Positions 18,980 to 31,020 of a stretch of 64,000 bases of DNA are shown here, one piece after another. The notes under the pieces are model-generated. The model did not search any database and was not told where the DNA came from. It saw nothing but the letters and a program-made list of their open reading frames with translations. The position numbers and the translations under genes are program-made. The DNA is from Nitrospirota bacterium (GTDB lineage Bacteria > Nitrospirota > UBA9217): assembly GCA_963749655.1 (NCBI GenBank), contig CAVVOB010000023.1, positions 32,001 to 96,000 on the forward strand. The letters are read 5' to 3'. Position 1 is the stretch's first letter; each line of letters opens with the position of its first letter.

Positions 18980-19738
18980 TCAGACTTCCAGCACCTGCAC
19001 GACGACCGTCGTAATATTGTCAACCCCGCCGGCGGCGTTCGCCGCGGCAACAAGCGCTTTGGCCGCCTCTCCGGGACCCGACTTCCCCAGGATCGAGGCG
19101 ATCTCGCGGTCGTCCACCATGTCCGTCAGACCGTCGCTGCACAAAAGGAAAACGTCTCCCTGCTGGAGCTGCAGCGCCGAGATGTCGGGCCGGACGTCCT
19201 CATCGATCCCGAGCGCGCGGGTGATCACATGGCGGTAGGGGCTTGCTTTCGCCTGCTCCGGTGTAATGAGGCCGGCCCGCACCTGATCGGCGATCAGGGA
19301 ATGATCGTTCGACACCTGCTTCAGGGCGTTTGCCCGGAGAAGGTATGCCCGGCTGTCTCCGACATGGGCCAGGTGCGCGGTCCTGTCCCGGAAAAAAAGG
19401 ACCGTGAGCGTCGTTCCCATGCCGACGAGCTTCGGGTTCGCTACGCTTTCCAGGCGGATGTTGCGGTGTGCGAGGATCACTGCGGCGGACAGCGCGGCGC
19501 GCTCCGGCGCAGCGCCGATGCCCACGGCCGGGGTGCGGTCAGCCTGTCCGAGCAGGTCGGGGACGACTTTTCCGAGCGTTTCAACGGCGATGCGGCTCGC
19601 GACCTCGCCGCCTTCATTTCCGCCGACGCCGTCCGCTACCGCATAGAGACGCAGAACGTCATCGACGAGGTAGGCGTCCTCGTTGTTGCTTCGCCGTTTT
19701 CCGGTGTCCGTCGATCCGGCAGCAAGAACCTTCATCAT
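18980..19738 (-). CDS. PP2C/Stp1-family Ser/Thr phosphatase
   Basis: RSNNED, VADGVGG, HVGDSRAY, LCSDGL, GGVDNIT. Confidence 0.95.
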   Translation of the reverse strand: MMKVLAAGSTDTGKRRSNNEDAYLVDDVLRLYAVADGVGGNEGGEVASRIAVETLGKVVPDLLGQADRTPAVGIGAAPERAALSAAVILAHRNIRLESVANPKLVGMGTTLTVLFFRDRTAHLAHVGDSRAYLLRANALKQVSNDHSLIADQVRAGLITPEQAKASPYRHVITRALGIDEDVRPDISALQLQQGDVFLLCSDGLTDMVDDREIASILGKSGPGEAAKALVAAANAAGGVDNITTVVVQVLEV

Positions 19739-20139
19739 TATCCGATCTCGTAGGTCCGGCTCCTGCCGCTGTCCTCGAGGATGAACTGAATCTCGGTGTC
19801 GCCGACGCGGAACTTGTCCCCGTGGCGCAGAACGACTTCCTTGATGGAAGCCCCGTTCATCACCGTGCCGTTCGTGCTTTCCAGGTCCGCGAGCAGGAAC
19901 GATCCGTCTCGGAAAAGAACGGTTGCGTGACGCCGCGAGACCAGGGGGTCCTTGAGCGGGATGTCGGCTTCCCGGTCCCTGCCGATGACCGCGGAAGTCT
20001 TTTCGAGCTGATACTCCATGCCTTCCGCGTATCCCTTGATGATGACAAGGGAAGCCTGATAGCGCGCAGGTATCGCCTTCGCGGGGCTTGCAGGCTGCTG
20101 TATCCGGGTGTGATTTTCAGATGCGTTCGAGTCCGCCAT
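19738..20139 (-). CDS. Stand-alone FHA domain protein
   Basis: IGR..D..VSRRHA..DLESTNGT. Confidence 0.92.
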   Translation of the reverse strand: MADSNASENHTRIQQPASPAKAIPARYQASLVIIKGYAEGMEYQLEKTSAVIGRDREADIPLKDPLVSRRHATVLFRDGSFLLADLESTNGTVMNGASIKEVVLRHGDKFRVGDTEIQFILEDSGRSRTYEIG

Positions 20140-20324
20140 GGGTCTCCTCCCTCTGCCGCGATGGATAGAAATCATGATAGGATAGTCCTCCTGAAAGGTC
20201 AAGGTCAAAAGTCGCGGTTCCCGTCCGGCTTTCGCTTCGATGCCGAATCGACTAGCCGGCAGGTTCCGCCGACCTCGCTGGATTTTCGATTCCCTCTTTT
20301 CCGGCGCTATGCTACAATAACCGC

Positions 20325-21671
<1,347 letters not shown>

Positions 21672-21693
21672 TGAATTCGGAAAAGTCCGATTT

Positions 21694-21772
21694 TACCGCA
21701 GAGCCGCTGAAGGCGCAGAGAACGCCTTTCCTCTTTAAGGTCTTTTCTCCGCGTCTCTGAGTCTCAGCGGTA
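21694..21772. repeat. Bipartite inverted 9-mer element between convergent genes
   Basis: TACCGCAGAGCCGCTGAAGGCGCAGAG...CTCCGCGTCTCTGAGTCTCAGCGGTA. Confidence 0.7.
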
Positions 21773-21825
21773 GATTTTGCCTTCCCTTCACTCTTCGCCA
21801 AGCTTGATGCCTATCGGCCGATCTC

Positions 21826-23025
21826 TCACTCCATCAGTTTCAAAACAGCCAGAAGCGCAATTGCAACAACACCGATCGTGAGCGCCGTGATCACCATCCA
21901 CGGCCGGGACTTTTTGAACACGAGCTGCGGTCGGACGACTCCTGCGACTGTCTTGACCGTGATCTGCGGCCGGTACTCCCTGCCCGGAGCGAGCAGGCGG
22001 CCTTCCACTCTGAACAGAAGACGAACTTCGTCGGGGCCGAAGGACGCGGGCTTCGGCTTGATCCACCGGTCATCGCTCGACAGCGTTCCCGTCGTTCCGC
22101 TGCACCCCAGGGACATGACCGGCACACTGACCCACGACGGCCTGCTCCTCCAGGGAAGCGTGATCGTCTTCCCGGGCACTGCACGGATGACCTTCCCCTT
22201 GCCTTTGGCCGTCGCCGCCAGATCGAGCAGCACCGTCTGGATCGCAGCCTTCATTTCGAAGGCGCTCTGGAACCGTTTCTCCCGGTCGAACTCGACGGCC
22301 TTGCTGATGATCGCGGCAACCGCCTTGCCGAGCTTCGGGTTCAGACTGCGCGGATCGGGAAAACCAAGAGGGCTTTCAGGCGGCTTCCTGCCGGTGAGAC
22401 AGTGGAAGAGGGTGGCGCCGAGGGAAAAGAGGTCGGAACGCACGTCGGTCTGGCCGGTGCCGTACTGTTCCGGCGCGGCATATCCGGGCGTGCCGTACAC
22501 ATAGGTGTCCTCTTCCTTGTCTTCCCGGAAAAAACGCGCGATGCCGAAATCGATGAGCTTTACCCTGCCGAGATGGTCGATCATGATGTTCGCGGGCTTC
22601 AGGTCCCGGAACACGATCGGCCTCGGCTTCTGCACGCTCAAAAAATGCATGGCCCGGCAGATCTGGAGCGCCCAGGAAAGGGCGAGCCTCTCGCTCACCG
22701 GCCTCCCTCCGCGCGCTGCAAGCAATTGCTCCAGCGTCCTGCCGCGAATGTACTCCATGACGATGTAGTGCGCGCCCTGGTGCGAAAAGTAATCGTGGAC
22801 CCTCGGCAGGTTCGGATGCTTCAGCCTCATCAGGATCCTGGCCTCGGTCCGGAACAGGGTGAGCGCTTCCTCTGCCTTGGGCGAGGCGGCCTTCGCGGGC
22901 TTCAGTTCTTTTGCAGCGAAGACCTTGTACCCGCTGCTGCGGTCAGCGACCTTGTATACGCAGCCCATCCCCCCCTGGCCGAGGACGCCGATGATTTCAT
23001 ATTTGTTCTTCAGGAGCTTGGACAT
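21826..23025 (-). CDS. Ser/Thr kinase with a C-terminal beta-rich domain and terminal membrane anchor
   Basis: GQGGMGCVY, FRDLKPAN, DFG, GTPGYAAPEQ; hydrophobic C-terminal helix. Confidence 0.93.
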   Translation of the reverse strand: MSKLLKNKYEIIGVLGQGGMGCVYKVADRSSGYKVFAAKELKPAKAASPKAEEALTLFRTEARILMRLKHPNLPRVHDYFSHQGAHYIVMEYIRGRTLEQLLAARGGRPVSERLALSWALQICRAMHFLSVQKPRPIVFRDLKPANIMIDHLGRVKLIDFGIARFFREDKEEDTYVYGTPGYAAPEQYGTGQTDVRSDLFSLGATLFHCLTGRKPPESPLGFPDPRSLNPKLGKAVAAIISKAVEFDREKRFQSAFEMKAAIQTVLLDLAATAKGKGKVIRAVPGKTITLPWRSRPSWVSVPVMSLGCSGTTGTLSSDDRWIKPKPASFGPDEVRLLFRVEGRLLAPGREYRPQITVKTVAGVVRPQLVFKKSRPWMVITALTIGVVAIALLAVLKLME

Positions 23026-23221
23026 GGTCCTCGTTTTCCCGCTGCAGCGGTCGCAGAGCGCGCAGAGAAACAGACCGGGAGTACAGTGCTCCAATTGACC
23101 CGCCGGTCTCGCGCCGAAATCCGCGTTCGCAATGACTAAGTTCATGGTTTATCCTATAAACGGCAGTTTAATCGTGGTTCCCTGCTCTTTTCAGACTCAT
23201 TCGCCCTTGGTGAAAATACCA

Positions 23222-25466
23222 TTACGCCGCCTTGGCCCCGCACTGGGGGCAGAACTTCGACTCCTGCCGCAAGCCCCTGCCGCAGGCTGCGCACAGGTGC
23301 GATGTATTTTCACTGAACACGATCGTGGCCTGCCCGACCTTGATAACGTCGCCGTCCTCGAGCATCTGCCTTCCCGTGACCTTTTTGTTGTTCACGAAGG
23401 TCCCGGTAAGAGAACCCTTGTCCTCGATGACATACCTCCCGTTGTCCTGAATGACCTCGGCATGATGGGGATCGACATTCTCGTCCCGGGGCAGCCCCAG
23501 GCCGCTCCGCGCGTCCCTGCCGATGGCCACACCGTCGTGGATATCGATGTCGCTCCTCGTCCCCCGGCCGCGCACGAGGCTCAGGTGGCCCGTTGCATAT
23601 TTCCGGTCAAGAGTGCGCAGAGAAAGGAGGGCCAGGCCCACGACGCTTGCCAGAGAAACCGCAAAAGCCCATCCCGGCGCCTCGCCGCCCTTTCCGAAGA
23701 GCGACGACTCCGGCTGGAAATACGTGCGTTCAGCCTCCTGGCCCGTTGAGAGCGCAATCGACACCTTTCTGAGGTAGTCGGCCCGCTTCTCCGTCGTATA
23801 CGTCAGGATATACTCCCCCCGGATCCGTCTGCTGATGGTGTCGTAGATCTCCGAGAGGCCGGCTGCCGAAGGCGTAAAGAAGTAAAAACCGCCGGTATCC
23901 TCGGCAATCCGCTCGAGCCGCGCCTTGCGCACGTCCCGGCCGAGGCCGATGACGTAGACCGGAACATTCTCCCGGACCGCCTCGGCGATTGCCTGATTCA
24001 TGTCGAACGCTCCGCGGTTCGCGATCCCGTCGGTGAGCACCACCACGGACCGGCGGCCGGACTGTGCCTTGACCGATTCCACACCCTTGGCTATGGCGTC
24101 AAAGAGCGCCGTGTGTCCCGCTGCCGTAATGGCCTCTGTCGCGCGCTGCAGCCTGTCCCGGTCTCCGGTCAGCGGCTCCGCCAGGTCCACGTTGTCGCTG
24201 AAGGAGATGAGGGACGTCCTGTCCCCGGGCTCCATGAGCGACAGGAAGCGGAGGACCGACTCCTTTGCCCGCGCTATTTTTTCTCCTGCCATGGACTCGC
24301 TCCTGTCCAGGACGATGCTGAAGCTTACGGGCTCGGGCAATCCGTCCACGCCCGCCATTTTCATGCCTTCGATCGCAACAGGATGTCCGTTCTCCGTAAG
24401 CGAGACAGCGTTCTTGGTCAGGCCGCTTGCCGGCCTTCCCGCTGCGTCAAGTACGGATACGTAGGTCTTGACCACGGGGAAGCCGCTCAGGTCGAACTGG
24501 CTGATCCGAGCAGCAACCGGTTCGGCCGCCGACGCCGGCAGCGCGCCGGGCAGGGAGAGAACGACGGCGATCAGGGCCGCAGCTGCGGCTTTTTTCACGG
24601 CTGAAAACATGAGCAGGATGCTGCCGACCCGGATGACATCTCCGTCGGAGAGCCTGCTGCTCCTGGTCAGTTTCTGGTTCACGTACACGCCCGTGCCCTC
24701 CTTTTCAGCCTCGATTGCGTAGCGGCCGTCCTTTTTTGTGATGTAGGCATGCCGTATCCCCACGCCCTCCGCGCCGGAAAGGCACACGTCGGACCGGTCG
24801 TCCCTGCCTACGACGTTCATTTCCTTCAGGAGCGGGAATTCCCTGCCGATGTGCCTGCCCTTGACGACCTTCACCTTCGCCGATACAAAAGTCTCTTCAA
24901 CGAGGCTGATGAAGGCGCCGATCGACAGTCCCAGAAGGGAGAGCCCGGCAAGAACGGACCAGATCGAGGTCGACGACAACTCGTTGAACATGAGGCCGCC
25001 GAACAGGCCGCCGAGCGCTCCGCCGGTCAGTCCGTACAGTGCCCGCTCGCGCGAGCGGATCATCACGCCGCCGCTCAGGCCCACGCTCGCGCCGAGGATC
25101 GACCATCCCAGGGCCACGGCGGCGGCCACGCCCAGGGACGCTTTGAACCCTCCCGGAATCGGCCACAAATGCGCCGAGCGTGGAAAAAACCGTGCTTCCT
25201 AAACCCGCTCCTGCAGCGCCTCCGAGAAAGCCGCCCACCGCGCCCATTGCGGCCCGTTTCAGCGCGGCTTTGAACTGCCGGCCGGCCAGCGGCTCATGGC
25301 TCCAGAGGAACCCGCCGATGAACATGCCGGCAATGCCGCCGAGCAGCATCTCTCCTGAAAGGCCGCTCGCCGGCGATCCGGACAGATAGAGGATGAACGC
25401 CCATGCAGCGGACCCGCCGAGGGCGCCTGTCGCGGCGAACATCAGTATGGTTATAAAGGTGGGCAT
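23222..25466 (-). CDS. Multi-TM FHA - vWA - FHA - zinc-ribbon fusion protein, with a frameshift near 25165
   Basis: Gly-rich TM N-terminus, FHA, MIDAS DRSES..TDG, TM, second FHA, CAAC..CPQC. Confidence 0.85.
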
Positions 25467-25483
25467 AAAAACCTCCCTTCGCA

Positions 25484-25555
25484 TTTCGAATTGCGAATTG
25501 CGGATTGCGAATTGTGACATGGAATCCGCAATCAGAAATACGATATTTCGCAATT
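25484..25555. repeat. Bipartite heptamer (ATTGCGA/TCCGCAAT) element
   Basis: TTCGAATTGCGAATTGCGGATTGCGAATTG...AATCCGCAATC..TTCGCAATT. Confidence 0.7.
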
Positions 25556-25558
25556 GTC

Positions 25559-25993
25559 TTACGCTGCCTTCACTGACAGCGCCAGTTTTCCGAACCTGAC
25601 CTCATCGCCGGGCTTGATCTCCTGCGGCGCATGGGGCTGGATTTTCTTCCTGTTGAGATACGTCCCGTTTGTAGACCCCATATCCTCGACCGTATAGGCC
25701 GAACCCGCACGCCGGATAACCGCATGCTTCCGGGAGACCCCGTTCTCCAGGCCTCCAAAGGGCGACAGGTCCACGTCGGGGAAAACATCGCTGATGGGAT
25801 CTTCCCTGCCGATCACCACGTCGTCTTTGGCCGGGAGCTCCAGCCTGTTCCCGTCTGCCGAGGCAAGAACGAGCTGCGCTGCCTCCTGCGCCGAAGCCGT
25901 TTCAATCCGCTGTCCTTCTTCAAGCTGGGAGCCGCATTCCTCGCAAAAAAGCGCACCGTCAATATTCTCCGTCTGACATTGTTTGCAAATCAT
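25559..25993 (-). CDS. Zinc ribbon + FHA protein
   Basis: CKQC..CEEC; IGR..VSRKHA..GSTNGT. Confidence 0.92.
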   Translation of the reverse strand: MICKQCQTENIDGALFCEECGSQLEEGQRIETASAQEAAQLVLASADGNRLELPAKDDVVIGREDPISDVFPDVDLSPFGGLENGVSRKHAVIRRAGSAYTVEDMGSTNGTYLNRKKIQPHAPQEIKPGDEVRFGKLALSVKAA

Positions 25994-26071
25994 GGCTAAG
26001 TCCTCCTTTAGATAGATTCTGCATAGTGCAGAGGGCATGGCGCATAGGGTGAAGTCTCTCTGCTCTCTGCC

Positions 26072-27321
26072 CTACTTCATCGCTTGTGTCGTAAGCTTCC
26101 TCGTTCCGTATTCGAGTTTTTTGGTTCCTGCGGCGCTCAACGTTCCGGTCTTCTTCAACATGGTGATCTCCCGGTCTACGGCATCGGCCAGCTCGTCCTC
26201 ACCGAGGTTCAGAAGCACCGTGGCCGCTGACTGAAGCTTCTGCGTGGCAGCGGCAATATTGCCTGCCTCGGCTTCGGTAAGCGCCCGGGTCTGCAGCTTG
26301 AATGCACTCAGCTTTTCCACCAGATTCATGACTTCCGCGTTCACCTTCGTGGTCGCACCGTCGGTCGTAAACGTAACAAACAGGTCTTCCCTGATCTTCT
26401 GCGCTTTGACGCCCTGTGCCGGCATGTCATAGGTCAACTCGATCTGGCCCAGGCGAAACCTTCCGCTCTGCTGCCTGGACAGGCGCGTCTCGATCACCAG
26501 CACCTGGCCTTTTCTGCCGTCAAGCGATCCGAGCTCGGCTGCAATCGAGCTTCCCTGGACTGCACGGGAGCTGATATCGGCAATCATCGGGACGTAGTAT
26601 GCACCTTGATGGGCCGGACACCCTCGCTCATACGGACAGTAAGCACGAGGTTTGCCGCCGCCACGGACTGCATGCCTTCCACTTCCTCGCGGAAGGCGTC
26701 GAGAACCGCAATGGGGTTCTGGATCCAGTGGGAATTGCCGCGAGAGCGATCGGCGATTTCGAGCAGCAGCTTTTCGTTCCAGTCGTCGCCGATCCCGATG
26801 CTGGTGACGGCAATGCCGCGGTTTGCTGCTTCATCGGCCAGCTTGAGGCAGCGTTCCTCGTCGTCCCAGGTCCGTCCGTCGGTCAGTAAAAGGACCCGGT
26901 TCACCCGGTCCCGCGCGAACCCTTTTTTTACTTCCTCGAGGCCGGCCTGCAGTCCGTCGGCGATCTGGGTGCCGCCGCGCGCGATCAGTCCCTCCAGTTT
27001 CGCCTTGATCTCATCGCGCGTTCCCGCGGGCCGGCTCGGGACAAGCGTCTCCACCTGGTCGTCAAAAATAGTGACGGACACCAAGTCGTTGTCCCGAAGA
27101 TTATCGACCACGTACCCAACGGCCTCTTTCATGTTCTCCAGCTTTTCTCCGTCCATGGACCCGCTCCGGTCCAGGACCAGCGCAAAATTTGCAGGCATCG
27201 AGCCGAAAACCGTTCCGCTTCCCGCCTTGATGTCCACCAATGCATAGACTGCCTGTTCCGTTTCTGTCACGGGCAGCACGTCCTTGCTCATTACGCATCT
27301 GAGGTTCAGTTCCTTTTTCAT
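26072..27321 (-). CDS. vWA (MIDAS) domain protein, with a frameshift near 26590
   Basis: DRSGSM, GGT, LLTDG; the C-terminal part continues in ORF 26072..26587. Confidence 0.88.
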
Positions 27322-27383
27322 AACACGTCCTCCTCTCGTTTCCTTTTTCTGCCTGTTACCTGTCCGGCAGTGCGAGGTCTGCT

Positions 27384-28307
27384 CTATTCTATCTTTATGG
27401 CTACAGCCGTTATATTGTCTCTGCCGCCGCTCGCTTTAGCCCTCGTCACAAGACGGGTGCAGGCCGCGGCAGCCTCCCGCTCTCCGGCGAAGACCCGGTG
27501 AATGTCCTCGTCCGGCACTTCTCCCCAGAGCCCGTCAGTGCACAACAAGAGTGCCCCTCCTTTTTTCAGCTGCACGCGAAAGGTGTCGACTTTGACGCTT
27601 TCGTCGCTCCCGATCGTGCGGTAGAGCAAGTTGGCCCGCGGGTGATTGCGCGCTTCTTCTTTTGACACCTTGCCGGCCTCCACGAGCTTCGCCACCAGCG
27701 AATGATCGACCGTGATCTGGCTGATCGAGCCGTTCTCGATCCAGTACACCCTGCTGTCTCCGACGTTCGCTACGTAAGCCTGATCGTCGACGATAAGCGC
27801 AATACTGACCGTCGTACCCATGTCGGAACCCCGCCGTGCGCCTTCGTTCCGCACCGCCCTGTTCGCTTCCTGGACGGCGCGCTCCACGAGCAGCAGCTCG
27901 TCGCCGATGCCTCTGCTTTCCTGCCGGACAACGCTGCACACGCTGTCCAAGGCGATTCGGCTCGCTACTTCTCCCGCATCGTGCCCGCCCATGCCGTCGG
28001 CGGCTGCGAGAAGCTTTCTGTCTCCCAGATCGAGCAGCAGGAAATAATCTTCATTCTGTTCCCTCACCAGTCCCCGGTCGGTGACCCCGTGCCAGTTCAC
28101 TGACCGCGGTGCGGCGGCAGGGCACGCCTTTGAAGCAGGTTCCCCGTCCTCTGGGTCCGGCTTCAGCCGAAGGGTGTGTGCAGGCTGGAACACCTGTGTC
28201 ATCGTGCTCGACTTCATGAATGACGCGAGCAGGCCGTCGGTCCTTCCCGGCTGCCGGTCGTTCCGTCCGGCGATTTTTTTCAGGCATCCCATCCATCCAT
28301 GTCCCAT
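27384..28307 (-). CDS. PP2C-family phosphatase (start codon uncertain)
   Basis: REQNED, ADGMGGH, NVGDSRVY, LCTDGL, GGRDNIT. Confidence 0.93.
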   Translation of the reverse strand: MGHGWMGCLKKIAGRNDRQPGRTDGLLASFMKSSTMTQVFQPAHTLRLKPDPEDGEPASKACPAAAPRSVNWHGVTDRGLVREQNEDYFLLLDLGDRKLLAAADGMGGHDAGEVASRIALDSVCSVVRQESRGIGDELLLVERAVQEANRAVRNEGARRGSDMGTTVSIALIVDDQAYVANVGDSRVYWIENGSISQITVDHSLVAKLVEAGKVSKEEARNHPRANLLYRTIGSDESVKVDTFRVQLKKGGALLLCTDGLWGEVPDEDIHRVFAGEREAAAACTRLVTRAKASGGRDNITAVAIKIE

Positions 28308-28364
28308 GGTTTTCCCCCCGGTTCAGCAGGAGCTGAGATTTCGATGCAGTGATGCACTGGTATT

Positions 28365-28380
28365 TGCAGTTGATGTGCCA
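28365..28380 (-). promoter_or_regulatory. sigma54 (-24/-12) promoter of the PP2C-vWA-FHA-kinase operon
   Basis: Minus strand TGGCACATCAACTGCA = GG-N10-GC; palindrome GTATTCGATTTTCGAATAC at 28507-28525 is a candidate enhancer. Confidence 0.7.
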
Positions 28381-28588
28381 AAACGAGGAGGGACTTCATT
28401 CCAGACGGGAATTCTGGAAAAACCGATACTTGCGGGGCGCACAGAAGAAATGTTCTTCGAAGAGGGTGTCAGGTCACCATGAAAGGCATCTGATTATCGG
28501 AGACCAGTATTCGATTTTCGAATACAGACGGACGTGGGGCGCATGATGATTAGCGCAGGCACAAGGGGCGAATACTTTCAGCGGGCTG

Positions 28589-29617
28589 CTAGGAAATTCT
28601 GAGGACTTTGGCTCCCCGGATCTTCCGTTCCTTCAGTTCGAGAAGTGCCGCGTTCGCGTCCGGGAGACCGTATTCCTGGACCTCGGGCCTGAGAGAAACC
28701 CGGGAAGCAAGCAGGAAAAAATCTTCGATGTCCTTGCGCGTGACATTGGCGACGCTCTTGATCTCTTTTTCCAGCCAGAGATCGCGGGAATAATCAAATC
28801 CCCGGAGCGCATCCCGGTCGGGATCTTCCTTCCGTATGGCGTTTATGACGAGACGGCCGCCTTTTTCCAGATTCTTCAGAGCGGCGATGACCGGCTTCCA
28901 GGCCGGCGTCGTGTCGATGATGGTCTGTAGTTTTTCGGGCGAGTTCTCTTCCATGCCGCCTGCCCAGACCGCACCGAGCTCTTCGGCGAACGACCGTTCC
29001 TGCTCCGTGCGGGAAAATACGTATATCTTCGAGCGGGGGAAAAGGTGCCTGGCCATCTTCAGGACAAGATGCCCGGACGCGCCGAATCCGGTCAACCCGA
29101 TCGCATCGCCGTTCTTGATGTTCGTGAGCCTGAGCGAACGGTAACCGACGGCTCCCGCGCACAAAAGCGGCGCGGCTTCGGCATCGGAATAACCTTCCGG
29201 GATGCGATAAGCATAGGTTTCCCGGACCGTGGTATATTCCGCATACCCGCCGTCGACATCCCGCCCGGTCGCCCTGAAATTATCGCAGAGATTTTCCTGC
29301 CCCGTCCTGCAGTACCTGCACGTCCCGCAGGAGCCGTGGATCCATGCGATGCCGACCCGGTCGCCGATGCGGAATCTGCCTGCCCGGGGGCCGATTTTTT
29401 CCACCCGTCCGACAATTTGATGTCCCGGTATGACAGGCAGCTTCGCGGGAGGCGTCCTGCCTTCGATTTCGTCCAGTTCGGTGTGACAGACGCCGCAAAC
29501 GGATATCTTTATAAGGACCTCGAAGTCCTGCGGATCGGGAACGGGCAGGTCGGCAGGCTCCAGGGGAGAAGGGTTCTCGCTGATGTTCGTGATGCGGTTC
29601 AGGACCATTGCTCTCAT
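28589..29617 (-). CDS. Zinc-dependent alcohol dehydrogenase family
   Basis: CGVCHTE, GHQ, CGTCRYC..NLC, GFGASG. Confidence 0.92.
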   Translation of the reverse strand: MRAMVLNRITNISENPSPLEPADLPVPDPQDFEVLIKISVCGVCHTELDEIEGRTPPAKLPVIPGHQIVGRVEKIGPRAGRFRIGDRVGIAWIHGSCGTCRYCRTGQENLCDNFRATGRDVDGGYAEYTTVRETYAYRIPEGYSDAEAAPLLCAGAVGYRSLRLTNIKNGDAIGLTGFGASGHLVLKMARHLFPRSKIYVFSRTEQERSFAEELGAVWAGGMEENSPEKLQTIIDTTPAWKPVIAALKNLEKGGRLVINAIRKEDPDRDALRGFDYSRDLWLEKEIKSVANVTRKDIEDFFLLASRVSLRPEVQEYGLPDANAALLELKERKIRGAKVLRIS

Positions 29618-29800
29618 GATGCACCCTTTGATATGACCATCGTTCGGGAAAGGCCAGATCCGTGGTTTTCTCAGGAAAGCCGGGAAGTCATGGAATTCCG
29701 GGCAAATCACTGCAGATAATGTGTTTGTCAGCGGAACAAACTTGTCTAATTATAGCAAAGGAGATAGGGAGGGGGAGAAAATTTTCTGTCAGAGAAAACG

Positions 29801-30304
29801 CTAGACTTCCTTGAGCAGGACCTGCGATATGTCCTTGCGAGCAGAGGAGTGGTTTTTTGATGCCGGATGTCCCAGTGCCACAACGGCCATCAATTCCATG
29901 TTCGCGTCCAGGCCCAGCAGGGTACGCACCGCATCGGCATTCTTCAGGATCTCGCCGAGCCAGACCGCGCCGAGGCCCAGGGCATGGGCAGCGAGCAGCA
30001 TGTTCTGGAGACAGGCGCCCATCGCCTGGTGATCCTTGACATCGTTGTACATGACGCTCCGGTCCACGAAGACCGCTATGCAGGCGGGAGCGCGCTCGAT
30101 GATGAAGTGGTACTTCGTCTGCTTCGCAAGGTCATTGCGGACCGCAGCGCCTGTTACGATCACGAAACGCCAGGGCTGGTTGTTAAGCCCCGAAGGCGCC
30201 CAGGTGCCTGCCTTGACGATTTCCCGGAGCTGCTCGCGCGACACCGCCTTGTCCGTGAATTGCCGGATGCTCCGGCGGGTATAAATGCCTTCGAACAGGT
30301 CCAT
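29801..30304 (-). CDS. Nitroreductase family protein
   Basis: RRSIRQF, APSGLNNQPWRF, LGLGAVW. Confidence 0.92.
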   Translation of the reverse strand: MDLFEGIYTRRSIRQFTDKAVSREQLREIVKAGTWAPSGLNNQPWRFVIVTGAAVRNDLAKQTKYHFIIERAPACIAVFVDRSVMYNDVKDHQAMGACLQNMLLAAHALGLGAVWLGEILKNADAVRTLLGLDANMELMAVVALGHPASKNHSSARKDISQVLLKEV

Positions 30305-30536
30305 GAAGAATGTTCCTCTTTTTCAGTATGTTTGTTTCCCAAAAGTCGACCAAAAAATTTCGCTTGATTTCCCGGCGTTGCAAAAGGTTGCATAGGGGCA
30401 ACCAGAAAAATGTTGCATATCTAAAATTTTAAGTTATACTATTAATTATTGCGTGACAATGCTTCCAGCGAGCATCCGGCAAAGGCATCACCAGCGTGAA
30501 GCACGATGATACTTAACAATTGGTGAGGTTCGTGCT

Positions 30537-30941
30537 ATGACAAAAATTAAAGAGATTATTGAGAGTGACGGGCAGCACCTTCCCCTGGTGAACTGCTGCT
30601 CCCTGGGAGTCATTACCTTCACGCGACGCGAATGGTCCGACCATACGGTCCGCATCACCGATTTGAGCGAGAACGGGGTGTGGATCGAATCCTCCCATCC
30701 TATCGAGCCCGGATTCGTATGGTTCCATGACCGGGTACGGGGCCACAAAGGCGGTCTCCTGATCTGGTGCAGAGAGCAGGGCGAAAAATATCGGGGTGTC
30801 ATTCAGTTCGTGCCGCTCACCCGCGATGAGGAGCGCACCGTGCAGGAACGGACACTCCGGACGAGCGGACACCGGCCGAATCGGAGTCCTGAGGAGATCA
30901 TCGCAGTGCTCGTGGAATCTATGGAAAGAAAGCTGCACTAA
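30537..30941 (+). CDS. Hypothetical protein, possibly PilZ-like
   Basis: DLSENG (DxSxxG) in a beta-rich segment; RBS GAGG. Confidence 0.55.
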   Translation: MTKIKEIIESDGQHLPLVNCCSLGVITFTRREWSDHTVRITDLSENGVWIESSHPIEPGFVWFHDRVRGHKGGLLIWCREQGEKYRGVIQFVPLTRDEERTVQERTLRTSGHRPNRSPEEIIAVLVESMERKLH

Positions 30942-31020
30942 CATCCGCGGCTGATTGCCGATCTGCATCAGCGGTGCGGGCGACAGCTTTCGTACAATTT
31001 TCGCTTCCCTTCGATTTTTT

